Positions 13,844-27,420 are shown, counted from the stretch's first letter. The stretch is 64,000 nucleotides of DNA from Octopus sinensis (GCF_006345805.1 NC_043013.1:58280001-58344000), one strand, 5' to 3'. Numbers and translations are program-made. The notes: generated from the letters alone by a model not told the origin.

Positions 13844-14200
13844 ATCCTTCACTCACACTATGCCAAACCAGTGGCCTCCAAATACCTAATCGACCGGAAC
13901 TCAGCTATCGCAGACAATGCCAAATGCAATATATTGATGTCAGACCTCGTCAGAGTAATGCGAAATGTGTCCCGCATATGCGAGCCTACAGAGTTAAAGA
14001 GACACATACAACATTCCGTTCACCGCATGCAATTTTTGAGATAGAGAAAGTATCAGAGTATACAAAGGAGCCATGAGGAAATTTGAAACTATCATACATA
14101 ACGATAGGAATGGGATTTACCCACTGTATAGGAGCAAGTCATGGAACACCATTGAAAGGACTAAGAAGAAAATAGGAAAGGCCAATTCATTGTATGATAG
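13844..14200 (+). mobile_element. Penelope-like element RT thumb/C-terminal fragment (pseudogenised)
   Basis: ILHSHYAKPVASKYLIDRNSAIADNAKCNILMSDLVRVMRNVSR...HRMQF, then after a frameshift YKGAMRKF...DRNGIYPLYRSKSWNTIERTKKK. Matches the PLE HY.KP..S...SA...K..IL..RN.S and G..PLYR...W..ER pattern. Confidence 0.75.
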
Positions 14201-14202
14201 CC

Positions 14203-14641
14203 AACGTAAAGTATACTAGCCGGGGCTAAAAGCTACAGTAACACCCACCCTTAGTGGTTAGCCATATTGAGATGGCTAGTATACTTTACGTTGTCGAGCG
14301 GTTACTGTTTACATCTCGTTTAGAGATTTATTATTGCTTGCAGACAGATTTTCGAAATCAGTGACGGAAGTTACTAGAAAAACACATAAGTATTTGCAAA
14401 CAGGTCTTCCTTTCATCGTAAACCGGTGATTACCGTACGTTAAGAGGCAAATTACCTCGAAACTGCAGTCCGTGCGTATCGCTTAGGTTTACGAGAGAGG
14501 GATGACCTCCCTTTCCAAATACCATAAGGGCACAGAAAGTGTGCCTAAAGCCAGCTGGAGATGATCTCCTGGGGATAAAAGCTACAGTAACACCCACCCT
14601 TAGTGGTTAGCCATATTGAGAAGGCTAGTATACTTTACGTT
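14203..14641 (+). mobile_element. PLE pseudo-LTR / retrozyme-like 349-bp unit with 71-bp terminal redundancy and 19-bp 5' inversion
   Basis: 14222-14292 is repeated at 14571-14641 (2 mismatches). 14203-14221 (aacgtaaagtatactagcc) is the exact reverse complement of 14623-14641. Followed by (TA)n. Confidence 0.8.
14434..14476 (+). ncRNA. Type I hammerhead ribozyme with a damaged CUGANGA box
   Basis: CGTACG TTAAGA GG caaatta CCTC GAAA CTGCA GTC CGTGCG: 6-bp stem I, palindromic stem III ACTGCAGT, GUC triplet. Confidence 0.6.
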
Positions 14642-15652
14642 ATTTATATATATATATATATATATTTAGGAAGAAAATGAATTTTGTTGTGATGATACCA
14701 AAGATATTTGCATTTAACCAAAAGATCTGACAGAACGATATTTATTTATTATAATGTAGAAACGTTAGGCGTGTTGGTGTGTGTAGGTTTGTATCTGGAA
14801 ATACATATTCAGAGGAGAGAGAGAAAGAACGAGAGACTGATGAGAAATTCGTTCACTAAGTATTTCAAAGACTTTTGCATAGAATGAAAGAGAAAGATTT
14901 CTTCAACGAAGTATTTAATCTTCCGCTAATGGACAAGTATATGTAGGGCGAAAGAGGGCGGTTGTGATCAGAGAGAAGATCTGTTAGAATATTATTGAAT
15001 ATTAAGAACCTTTTAGTCAGTCTTTAATGGAATAAGTATAAAGGAGTGCTTTCTGAAGTAAAGCAAAACCAAAGATCTATAACACTTCATCAGTAGTTTC
15101 CCAGCAAGCAACAAAGATCGATAACAATAGTATTAGATATATTCAGTAGTCGACATGGTCCAGTAAAACATTTGAAGGTCATCTCCTAGCATAACTGAAG
15201 TCCAAGTAGAACACCAGCAAAAACTAGAAGTAACATGTGTTTCCTGAACTATGTCAAGGGCAATGTTGCATCAAGTTTTCTCAACACCAATACCACATCG
15301 ATATAATGGGCAATGACAAAATCTTACGGTAAAAAAAAACAAAAAAACAGAAGGCTCTGGATCCTAAAGTTCCACGAATAATTCTGAATCAGTTCTAATT
15401 TATAAATAAAGACATGCGCACAGTCATGTAGGCGCGTACACAGTACGCACATGCACTGATATTTATTCATCCATTTGTCCTCAACAGATTATTTCTATCA
15501 AAGTACGCATAATTTAATATATAATATACAAGCTACTGCTCATTCACATAGACTCACTGTCAAAATATGTCGAACATATATGTGAATATAAGCCTTTATG
15601 CGTGTGTACATTCATACAATATAGGAACACCCTCGGCGTATGTATGAATGTA

Positions 15653-15683
<31 letters not shown>

Positions 15684-15684
15684 T

Positions 15685-15719
<35 letters not shown>

Positions 15720-16149
15720 TTCTCTCTCTTAATATCTGTATGTGCTTGTGTGTGTTTCTGTGTGTGTAGTTTTTAACTAACGGTAATATAGTGTCAAATA
15801 CCGTTACGTTTTATTTTGGTCCACTCTGGTACTTGTTCTGGGGGTACACAGATTTTCAAGCAAATTATCATTTCGTGTGCATTTGCACGTGAAACTCAGA
15901 GAGGTCAGAGACTAAGTCGATATCAATAATATATGAATATATGATGATGGGTAAAACCACTTCAGAGAATAGAAAAGGACACGGACATTAATACATCTTC
16001 ATATCGCCAAAGCCATGAATGCCAACAGCAACATCTTAATGCTGTGATTGCCCTTTTTTTTTCGCTGACAGGATGTTGTGGTGTTCTTGCATCAGTCGTT
16101 TCTATAAATTTCAGAACCTCTTTATATCTGACTTCACCAATTCACTGAG

Positions 16150-16230
16150 GGTGAGGGTTGATCTATTCAACTGAAATCCTTCAAGGTGGTGCCCCAGCAT
16201 GGCCGCTATCCAATGACTGAAAGAAATAAA
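16150..16230 (+). mobile_element. SINE family B 3' fragment
   Basis: aaggtggtgccccagcatggccgc..aatgactgaaa matches the 3' ends of the copies at 47513 and 54411. Confidence 0.7.
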
Positions 16231-17499
16231 GTATAAATAGATAAAGATATTTACGGAGAAACATATTAATGCTTCCTAACTTGATACACAAGACTTTTAC
16301 TGCAGTTAAATTATAAAGAATTTTAAACTGCCAAATCCGCATCAATCAACATTAATTAAGCAATCTTGTTGGCATTAATTGAAATATGAGTTTCACTTAA
16401 TAAGGTAGCATGGACGTTGACAGCTGATCCGTTAGAAATATTGATCTCCGCCTTAAAATGTTGGCAACGGCACACTCTGAAATCAGTGTGAGAGTAAATG
16501 GATATGGCTAGAGTGATTTTGATCAAAGATATTTTCCACAGAAACTAAATAGGACAAGACAACAACTGCAGCAACAATAACAAATATAGAAGTCCTATAC
16601 GTAGAAAAGCTATATAGTCGATAGATAGATATATATGAAATACGTGAAATCTCTCAGAGTACAACATGTCGTCTAAAATGGACGCATCCAATAATGCTGT
16701 GTTAAACACTGAAAAGGACAGTATGGTCACAACGGTAAGATGTTCTTTGATATATTTACTTAGTCCGAGCTGACGTACAGATTAATGACATCAGCAATAA
16801 CAACAAAAACAATGAGCGGCAACCATCATGCCTCGACATATTCTGCATAAAATTGCATAAAATTGAAAATTTTAAATCATACCGAAATGGTTCTTAACCA
16901 ATCCGACCTTTTTTTTTTTCCTTTAATCTCTCAATAGCCTTTAATTACTGTAGGAATGTTATCAAATACATCAATATTCACTGCACATATCAATTATACT
17001 AACGAGAAGAGGAACATTTCACTTGTAGCCTACTTTCTTACTAACGCTCTCTTTCTCTCTCTCTCTTTCCCTCTCGCAACGGTCATCACAGTTTATTTAA
17101 TTTTCTCTGTCACATATCTCGCCTCTCACCCCAAATTCTGTCTCCTCTCACTTTCTCCTTTTACTTTAATTTCCTCTAATTCTAACTCTTTTGTACTCTT
17201 TCCCATTCGTACTATTTCTCTTTCCCTCTCAAATCTTTTCTTGATCCATTTTCTCTCTCCTTTATCTCTCTCTCCCCCTCTCTTTATCTATGTGTCTGTG
17301 TGTGCGTATGTATGTATGTATGTATATGGTTGTCTACATATATTATTAACCATGTCTCATTAGACGTATGTACGTACGAATGCGTGTGCACATGTATAAT
17401 TTCGCCACACCATTTCCTTTCATCTCTAGTATTTTACTCTCTGTCTGTCCTTATATATGAAAACGATCACAGGTCTTTCGCCAGCCATTGATATATAAG

Positions 17500-17712
17500 G
17501 CCGGTCACTCGGGTCTGTGACGTATATATTCCCCTGCTCTTCGACGGGACACCGGCCCTTCTTAGGATTGCTAATGTTAACCAGCTAAATGGACTTCAGC
17601 AACGTGAAATGAAAGCTTTCGTTTAAGAACACAACGCATCACTCGGTCCAGGAATTGAAAGCACAATCTTATTTCACGAGTGCAACAACGTAATCACTAA
17701 GCCAAGCTCCCC
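17500..17712 (-). mobile_element. tRNA-derived SINE (MetaSINE-like)
   Basis: Reverse strand gives a degenerate tRNA head (ttagtgattacg...caattcctggaccg) followed by gcgttgtgttcttaaacgaaagctttcatttcacgttgctg; same head as 42790. Confidence 0.65.
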
Positions 17713-17768
17713 CATTCGCATATATATATACAAAGATACATATCTATATATATATATTTATATATATG

Positions 17769-17804
<36 letters not shown>

Positions 17805-17841
17805 TATAATATATATATATATAATATATATATATATATAC

Positions 17842-18186
17842 AAAATTTAAAGGACTGGCCAGTTAAAGTGGACGGTCAATATGCTAGATATAGACGTCAA
17901 AATCGCTATTTTCCACGAAGAATGTGTTCTCAAGAAAAAAACAACTCAGCACAAAACCAAAGTGTAAAAAATAAGCAAGACAAATGAAAATATACAAAAT
18001 AATAACGATTACCTATTATTTCGTTATTATTTCGTATATTTTCATTTGTCTTGCTTATTTTTACACTTTGGTTTTGTGCTGAGTTATTTTTTTCTTGAGA
18101 ACACATTCTTCGTGGAAAATAGCGATTTTGACGTCTATATCTAGCATATTGACCGTCCACTTTAACTGGCCAGTCCTTTAAATTTT
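17842..18186. repeat. Near-perfect inverted repeat, 167-bp arms with a 12-nt loop
   Basis: 17842-18008 is the reverse complement of 18021-18186 with only a few mismatches. Confidence 0.95.
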
Positions 18187-18195
18187 TTATATACT

Positions 18196-18240
18196 CCAGA
18201 CCGATGATGGACAATGATCCTGAAACATGCGTGTCTCTAG
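18196..18240 (+). ncRNA. Type I hammerhead ribozyme, one core substitution (CCGAUGA)
   Basis: CCAGA CCGATGA T GGA CAATGA TCC T GAAA CATGCGT GTC TCTAG. Confidence 0.65.
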
Positions 18241-19128
18241 ATGCAGGCCTGGCTGCTGGAGGTGTTTGTCTTCCCTTCGTAAATGTATATAAGAACACAG
18301 GAAAACTGTGTCGAAGCCAGCAAGAAGCGTCGATGCTTCCTAGGGCTAAACAGCGGTGATGTAACCCCCTACTGTCACGTTCAAGTTAGATTGACAGTAT
18401 ACAACCATTCGATGCACTAATGGTTTTACCAAAATTCAAATTATGCCGTGAACTCAGCAGCAAACTGGGTTGTGAAACGCAACTATTATATTGTAAAATT
18501 TAGATATTTAAATTAATAAATTTTCATTAGCTGTATCGTATTTTAATGAATAATTAAAAATATTTTTTTAAATTCAAAATAACACAAAATGCAAAAACAA
18601 GGTGAATTTCATGCAATTAAAATATTATTGGAAACTTGTGTATTTAATGTGATTCTAGGCATTAAAGAACATTTAGAATGCATAAGCTAACGAATTTAAT
18701 GGCATAAATTAATGAGGAATTGAAATTTTGAAATCAAAGAGCCCTGTACAATATGTCATTACTGTTAATAGAAATAAATATTACTGATAAGGAGAGCTGA
18801 TCAGTTATCTTGGGGAACATACACATAAGAGTTTTGATAACAGTCACTTCACTGGAGCATATTTGACCAAGTATGGACATATACATTTATATACACACAC
18901 ACACATATATATGTGTGTGTGTGTGTGTGTGCGTTTGTCTCTCTCTCACCACCGTCTAACGGTGAATGGATACAACGTCTTAGATACATATATGCACATA
19001 TAACCTTATACACATATACAAGTACACACAATAATATAGACACTTACATATACTCACAAACATACGCATAATCATAAAGTATACACACATATACGCTCAT
19101 CCATTTCTACATACATACATATACACAC

Positions 19129-19185
<57 letters not shown>

Positions 19186-19312
19186 CATAAACACACACAC
19201 ATACATATATATATACATATATACGACACTCTATTCTGGGACAACGGTTAAAATTCAAACTTGCTTTATTTTATTCCATTTATCCTTTTTTAATTTTATA
19301 TTTTTTACATGC

Positions 19313-19354
<42 letters not shown>

Positions 19355-19608
19355 ATTTACACATACTCATAAGCATAAGTGCATGCATGTACATACTTAT
19401 ACACTAACATACACAAAACATACACACACGTATACACACGTATACATCTACACATTCGTACATACATGTCGAACAATGTACGCTCGTACGGTAATATATA
19501 ACTGCATATATGTATTTTTGTACCAAGCATTTCAACATGTATGCATGGATTATTATGTGTAAATGAGAGAGAGAGGGGTGGTTATAGAATGTTACTCCCG
19601 AGTGGAAT

Positions 19609-19745
19609 CTAGACGCTAACCCATTCGGATTTTCGGTTGAGAGTGGGCTTGTATTCCTGTATACAAGCAGCTTCAGTGACCTGTCTCAGCATTGCATCAG
19701 TGGGATGTGTAGATAAGATGTTTAATTTAAGTCTCCCTAAGGAGC
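19609..19745 (-). mobile_element. Penelope-like GIY-YIG endonuclease C-terminal fragment
   Basis: [37 protein letters not shown] matches the R...EA..I....P.LN.K.E terminus. Confidence 0.8.
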
Positions 19746-19783
19746 CCTTATACACATGTATATATATATAATATATATATATA

Positions 19784-19862
<79 letters not shown>

Positions 19863-19863
19863 C

Positions 19864-19894
<31 letters not shown>

Positions 19895-19929
19895 CATATA
19901 TATATACATATATATATGTATACATATAT

Positions 19930-19978
<49 letters not shown>

Positions 19979-19979
19979 C

Positions 19980-20027
<48 letters not shown>

Positions 20028-20159
20028 CATAATTAATTAATAAGGGTGAGAGAATTAGATACTAATTTAATAGTATATCTATTCAACACCAAGTGGCCAA
20101 GTGCTAGAGTGAGCCATATAGTGACCACTCTCTTATGTTTATTATATATATATATATAC

Positions 20160-20192
<33 letters not shown>

Positions 20193-20346
20193 CAAATTGA
20201 GATAGGGGTTGTGAGTGCAACCCACCATGGGATAACATATATCCAATATACTGCCAGTAAAGCACCCAACAAAGTTAATACATAAATTTTAAGAATTCAT
20301 TTATTGTATTATATGGGCGAAGGTCAAATGTTTTACCACAAATTGT

Positions 20347-20980
20347 TAATACAAAATAAGAAAATGGAGAAATATAGCTTAATCAATAATCAACTACCAG
20401 ATAATACCCATTCACATAATTTATTAACCAACTACATATGAACATCAAGGACAAACATAATAGTACAGAATAGTACAGAACAAAACAGTGCACATCAATG
20501 AGTAATATGATACAATAAGTACAATATGTATAAATAAATATAAATAAATATAAATATATACTATATCTTACAGCTGTTTCAGCCATGTAGATATGAGTAT
20601 CTCATTATTCTCATATTAGCCAGGTGTGTTAAGTTAATATGTGGTTATAAATGAGACACTTACAAATATATCCCAAGGCCTCTTCAGAGATTATAAAGTA
20701 CAATCTAAATATGAATATCAGAGAAGGTACACCCATACAAGAATGAATACATATACATAATATATAATATACACATACATATAAGTGTATATACATATGC
20801 ACCTAACTATATATACGCATATACATAATAATATATAATAATATATATACATATATATAAGGTTACAGTTAGTCAAATCAATATATTAGAATATTACAAT
20901 ATACAAACATACACATATCCATATGCAAATGCACATATACAAAGTCAAGAGTTCATTATAATAAGTTACAAAATGCCCTT
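20347..20980 (-). mobile_element. Left arm of an approximately 630-bp inverted repeat (PLE pseudo-LTR)
   Basis: Reverse complement of 23935-24568; both arms give the same spurious MAETAVRYS ORF; carries an HHR. Confidence 0.85.
20565..20691 (-). ncRNA. Type I hammerhead ribozyme, intact core, long loop II
   Basis: ATCT CTGAAGA GGCC (92 nt) GGCT GAAA CAGCTG TA AGAT. Confidence 0.8.
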
Positions 20981-20999
20981 AATATTATTATTATTTTAT

Positions 21000-23059
21000 T
21001 ATTTTTATTATTATGTTTTTTTCTTCTTTCAAATTTGCTTCCATTTCTTGCCGAGTGTCTCCCGACTCCTAGGGCAAAGAAACTCGTAGTATACATTGGT
21101 AGGCCATTAAACTAAACTCAATAGTTCGTTCATTTTTTTTTTTTTAGTTAAATTAAAGTACATGGGTAATAATGCTCTTCTCAATACGTGTGATGTACCA
21201 GTTAAGACAATCTTTTGCACTTCTTGCAGGGATGGTAAGCCAGGGATCACTCTCATATAATTTTCGGTTCCCTTCTTGATCATTCTTAGTGCTCCTACGA
21301 TCACTGGTATTGTAACCGCCTTGAGATGCCACATTTTCTCAATTTCAATGAGTAGGTCTTTATATTTTCTGAGCTTGTCAAACTCTTTCGCCGAGATATT
21401 ATGATCACAGGGGATGCTCATATCGATCAATAAGCAAACTTTATTGTTTTGGTCTTTCACAACAATATCTGGTTTATTGGCTTTGATGGTTCGGTCTGTA
21501 TGTACTGGAAAGTCCCACACTTTCTCCTTCAGTTACACCTTCAGGATGGTGATTATACCACTTGGCGGCAGTTTTGATATTGTAATGCCGACTTATTAGC
21601 CAGTCTTAATTTATACTCCACTGGTGCTAAGACTTTACATCCAGAGATTAGGTGTTCCACTGTTTCAATCATGTCATTGCAGAATCGGCATTTTGGGTCT
21701 GCTCCATTTTTCATTACATTGGCCTGGTAGTTCTGGGTTAATAGGCTTTGATCTTGAGCAGCCAGGATGAAACCTTCACTCTCTGCTTTTAGCCCTGATC
21801 TCCGTAGCCACTGATGGGTTTGCTTCTGGTCAACATCAACTTGTTTGCTGCGGGCCACATATTTGCCGTGCAGAGGTTTCTCCTCCCACCTATCAGCCAA
21901 TTGCTAGTGCGCTTTTTCGTTGCCATTATTTTCACCTTCTTTGCAGCAATAGTTGCCGTACTTCCCTCGGGTTGTTCAGTTTGGTTATCCTGCACGAGAT
22001 CAATAGCAAATTTTTTGCTTTCCTTTATTATAGAATGAAGCTTCTTTCGTCTCTCGTGATTTTCCACGAACTTTAGCCTCCAGTCATTAGCTATTTGAAG
22101 ATATTTGGCCAGTCCAATTGTGGTTGTTCTGTAAGCTAGTTCAAATTGGATCAGGCTTCGACCTCCTTGGGCTCTGGGTATTTTGCGTATTTTCCTATCT
22201 ATTTGACTAACTGTAACCTTACTTCACTCATATTCCAGTTCAACACATAGTAGCTATAAGTAACAACTGGAACTGCTAAGGAATTTATAGCTAACACCTT
22301 GTAACGTGCATTTAGTTCAGATTTCAGGACTGCTCGAACTCTCCAATAACATTCCTTCCTGAACCTCTCTTTCATGCTTGCATGCTGAATACCAGAGCCT
22401 TCATTTATCCCTAAATATTTGTAGGTTTGTACTTGCTCAAGCTCTCTTATGACTGTGTCAACATCTAACACGACTAAATTTGTGGTCTCCACTTTCCCTT
22501 TCTGAAAAGTGGCCTTGGCACACTTCTCAAGCCCAAACTCCATCCCGATGTCATCACTGAATGCTTTCACAGTGCGCAATAGGCCTTCAAGTTCGTTATT
22601 GTTTTTAACATAGACTTTTAAGTCATCCATATAAAATAGATGGCTTATTTTTTTATTGACAATTTTATACCCATACCCTGTTCTGTTTAATTCACTTGTA
22701 AGGGGTATTAGAGCTATGCAGAATATTAGAGGTGAAAGTGAGTCACCTTGAAAAATTCCACAGTTGATGTTTATATTCTCTGAGGCAAGTACTCCATTAG
22801 AGTGGTATAATTGGAGATTCGTATTCCACAACGACATATTATGCTTCAGGAAGCTTGAAATCACAGGGGAAATTTTGAAGATGTCCAGCGATTTTAAGAT
22901 CCATGAATGCGGTATACTGTCGAAGGCCTTTTTATAGTCAATCCATGCGGAGCTGAGATTTCTGCGCTTCTTGTGACAGTTCTCAAGGATCATACGATTA
23001 ATTAGCAGTTGATCTTTGCATCCGAATGAGCCTCGGCGGCACCCTTTTTGTTCAGTTTG
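21000..23059 (-). mobile_element. 5'-truncated R4/Dong-like element (RT, CCHC, RLE, 3' UTR), frameshifted
   Basis: [16 protein letters not shown]; [10 protein letters not shown]; [11 protein letters not shown]; FYMDDLK; FGLEKC; KPLHGKY; CRFC...ETVEHLISGC; IKANKPDIVVKD...LIDMSIP...KLRKYKDL; PVIVGALRMI. Confidence 0.95.
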
Positions 23060-23728
<669 letters not shown>

Positions 23729-23848
23729 CAGTAAAATAATATGTGCATCACGCCGTTCACAGTATATATTATGCTGTTGATGTATTCTATGGGATTTTTT
23801 CCACCTAATATTTACTGTGAACGGGGTGATGCACATATTATTTTACTG
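23729..23848. repeat. Small inverted repeat (36-bp arms, 48-nt spacer) flanked by (TAA)n on the left and (TTA)n on the right
   Basis: 23729-23764 versus 23813-23848, one mismatch. Confidence 0.9.
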
Positions 23849-23849
23849 C

Positions 23850-23907
<58 letters not shown>

Positions 23908-23934
23908 TATTATTATTATTATTAATAATAATAA

Positions 23935-24568
23935 TAAGGGCATTTTGTAATTTAATATAATGAACTCTTCACTTTGTATATGTGCATTTGCATATGGATA
24001 TGTGTATGTTTGTATATTGTAATATTCTAATTTATTGATTTGACTAACTGTAACCTTATATATATGTATGTATAATATTATATATTATTATGTATATGCG
24101 TATATATATTTAGGTGCATGTGTATATACACTTATATGTATGTGTATATTATATATTATGTATATGTATTCATACTTTTATGGGTGTACCTTCTCTGATA
24201 TTCACATTTAGATTGTACTTTATAATCTCTGAAGAGGCCTTGGGATATATTTGTAAGTGTCTCATTTATAACCACATATTAACTTATCACATCTGGCTAA
24301 TATGAGAATAATGAGATACTCATATCTACATGGCTGAAACAGCTGTAAGATATAGTTTATATTTATATTTATTTATATTTATTTATACATATTGTACTTA
24401 TTGTATCATATTACTCATTGATGTGCACTGTTTTGTTCTGTACTATTCTGTACTATTATGTTTGTCCTTGATGTTCATATGTAGTTGGTTGATAAATTAT
24501 GTGAATGGCTATTATCTGGTAGTTGATTATTGATTAAGCTGTATTTCTCCATTTTCTCATTTTGTATA
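23935..24568 (+). mobile_element. Right arm of the approximately 630-bp inverted repeat (PLE pseudo-LTR)
   Basis: Reverse complement of 20347-20980; followed by (TA)n. Confidence 0.85.
24225..24351 (+). ncRNA. Type I hammerhead ribozyme, intact core, long loop II
   Basis: ATCT (24225) CTGAAGA GGCC ... GGCT GAAA (24336) CAGCTG TA AGAT; predicted cleavage after 24347 (GUA). Confidence 0.8.
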
Positions 24569-24587
24569 ATATATATTATATATATAT

Positions 24588-24634
<47 letters not shown>

Positions 24635-25448
24635 GTTCCGTTCTCGTAATTGTTTCGCCAATCCAACAACAAAAATACAAAGTATGTAGCCCTTAAAACG
24701 GTTTTTGTGAATTTACAGAGAATACCGAACTCTCTTACACAGGATCTTGCTTTTAGGAATTCACAATATGTTATGAATACCCAAATTGTGAAGTCAGTTA
24801 TGTAATAATATGCAATTAGTTACCCGATAGTAATAATTCAAATAAAGTAGCCCCGAAAAGGGCTTTAATGCGTTCCCAGAGTCTATAGAACATAGGAGGA
24901 AATAGTAATAAGGTATCTATACTAAAATCGTGAAGCATGTTACGTAATAACAGGCTAATCAGATATGAGATAATAACAATTCAAAGTAAATAACTCTGAA
25001 AAGGTCTTTTGTGTGTTTCCAAAGAATATTACCCTCAAGGGCGCTAGTGTTGGTATATTTGTGAATAATCACTAACCGAAATAAGTGGATTGATTGTTTA
25101 GGAAACCAATATGTACTTGTTTAGGGGTTGTACTACATAAATTTCGAAAATAACTCAAATAGTTCAAATACTAAGAAATAGGCATACTCAATTTCATTTT
25201 TACCAAATAATTTAGGAAAATAAATGGGTTATTTCCCTTGGATATTAAAATAAAATATATCAGATATATATAAGGATTCCTTCCAGGGGCACTATTATAG
25301 ATTTATTTCAACAATCTGAGAATGCCATGAGGTTTCTAGACATGAGTTCTATTCACGTGTCAAGTTTCATCAAAATCTATAAAACGATGCAGGAGTTAGC
25401 GAACAACTCCACAAACACATCCACAGACATAATTTCCCACATATGTAG

Positions 25449-25543
<95 letters not shown>

Positions 25544-27315
25544 GGGAGAGAGAAAAGCGAGTCGGGGATATGGTTTGTGTATAGAAACAAGACCCGCACA
25601 CACAGAGATAAGCATGCACACGCACACATATGCACACAAACACAAGCATGCATAGGCACACATACGCACACAAACACACACACACATACACACATAAAAT
25701 TTTATTGGTAGTTTTGAGATTTTGGGGTTTACCACAAATAAGAATAATTTGGAAGTCAATATGCAAATTTATGTATTATAAAGAAAAGAAAGTTATTGGC
25801 AGGTATGTTGGAGAGTAACAATCAAGTTTTAAAAATAAGATGTGATACAGTTGCAGAGAATAATGCAGAGACAAAGATTGAAGATTATGTAAAAATTTAG
25901 GAAAAAAGAAAATTATCTGATAATAGAGTGTGAAAGTATGTACATGTGACAGGCCTGATATGATTCAGATATAAATGATATCAAAGTATCAACGTTTATG
26001 ACAATATTATGCAATCATACTAACTGAATTATTTTTCCCTTTCAGTACATTACAGCTTTTAGTGATGAGATAATTATGCAAGATTAATATAAATTATTGC
26101 CGATATAATGGCGTGGATAATTAATTTTGATACATTTAGGATTATTCTATTAATATCATAAATAGTATGTCTACCGGCAGTCTTTATACACTGTCACTCT
26201 TTCTTTTGGAAAGACATGAAACCAAGCATCGAAAGGAAAGGCAAGAGTAACAGACGATAACTTTTCACTGATCGTTTACAGTTTTTGTTCTACAAGGCAA
26301 CGGCTACACTTTTTCGCTAATCAACTGCCTTCCACAGGATAGCAAAAAGTGGAACCTATGACTATCCTTCATTTTTTGAAACATATACTTTTATCGAACT
26401 GATTTCTTCTCCCCAACCCCAAACTAAAACTCTATCTTGATACTAGAATGTCTACTCCACTGCACAGAGGTGTATCTCTCAATAAACTCTGTTTCTGAAT
26501 CGTTTAACACTCTGCATGGGTTTTCTACTCCTTAAAGTCTATGGTGATTAGCTTTAGCACAAAACTTCACAGCTCTTTCATCCGAGGTTGTTCACGTAAC
26601 TGAATTTGTTGAATCTCTCTACGTGTTCTTATAAATCTAAGGTTATTCAGAAAGCAATCCTTGCGCTAAACGTATTGTATTTACTGCCCCTTATATACGG
26701 GACTACATAAACATTATATAACTATCACTGACACGTTCATTTCTATGCTACATACACCAGTTACCAAATATTAACTCTAGTAAATGTAAATGCACTGAAT
26801 TCTAATCCGGCATCATCTCAACGTATGCCAAGTCATTCCGCCTGCACAGCGCACATTCAACTGCTAAGTGTCTCAACGTTGAATTACACGCCCAACATAT
26901 TACCTCTTCCAAATAAAAATTATTTTCCAGTCAATTTTCTCCACCCCTCTCTTTTTCTTTCGCTCTCTCTCCCTTTCTCTTTAGTTCTCTCTCTCACTCC
27001 CTCTCTCTTTTCACACCTACACACACATACACAAACACACACAAACACATGAAATCTCCACACGACACACACAATCGTATTATTTTTTCGAAGAGAACAA
27101 CAAATTTCAGTCGGAATATCCAAGAGGGAATATTACTTTCCATTGATCATTCCGGTGACATATGCTTTACTGATGAGGTCTAATAAGAGTGAAACATACG
27201 TGGTTGTTTCCTCTCATTGCAGAAATCAAGTACACAATATATTACACTTTTCTCTTTGTATAATTTATTGCAATTGCATCGTTTAACCGTATTGCGACCA
27301 CTTTAAACTTCTCAA

Positions 27316-27420
27316 TAATAATCAAACTATTGCTTTCATGTCAGAGTAATAATCAAACTATTGCTTTCATAATGTCAGAGTAATAATCAAACTATTGCTT
27401 TCATGTCAGAGTAATTAATC
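27316..27420. repeat. Minisatellite, 3 copies of a 31-34-bp unit
   Basis: taataatcaaactattgctttcat(aat)gtcagag x3, no spacers. Confidence 0.95.

Noticed and set aside
14830-14880. CTGATGA GAAAT...ATTTC AAAG
   Set aside because: Lacks G12 and stem I.
15000-15330. DIVQETH motif suggesting an L1-type endonuclease remnant (minus strand)
   Set aside because: Single short motif with no supporting downstream motifs.
27170-27202. CTGATGA GGTC TAATAA GAGT GAAA CATAC GTG hammerhead-like motif
   Set aside because: No stem I, mismatched stem II and a non-cleavable GUG triplet; may be chance or too decayed to call.
27316-27420. 31-34-bp repeats resembling a CRISPR array
   Set aside because: Head-to-tail units with no spacers, no cas genes and a eukaryotic context; an ordinary minisatellite.
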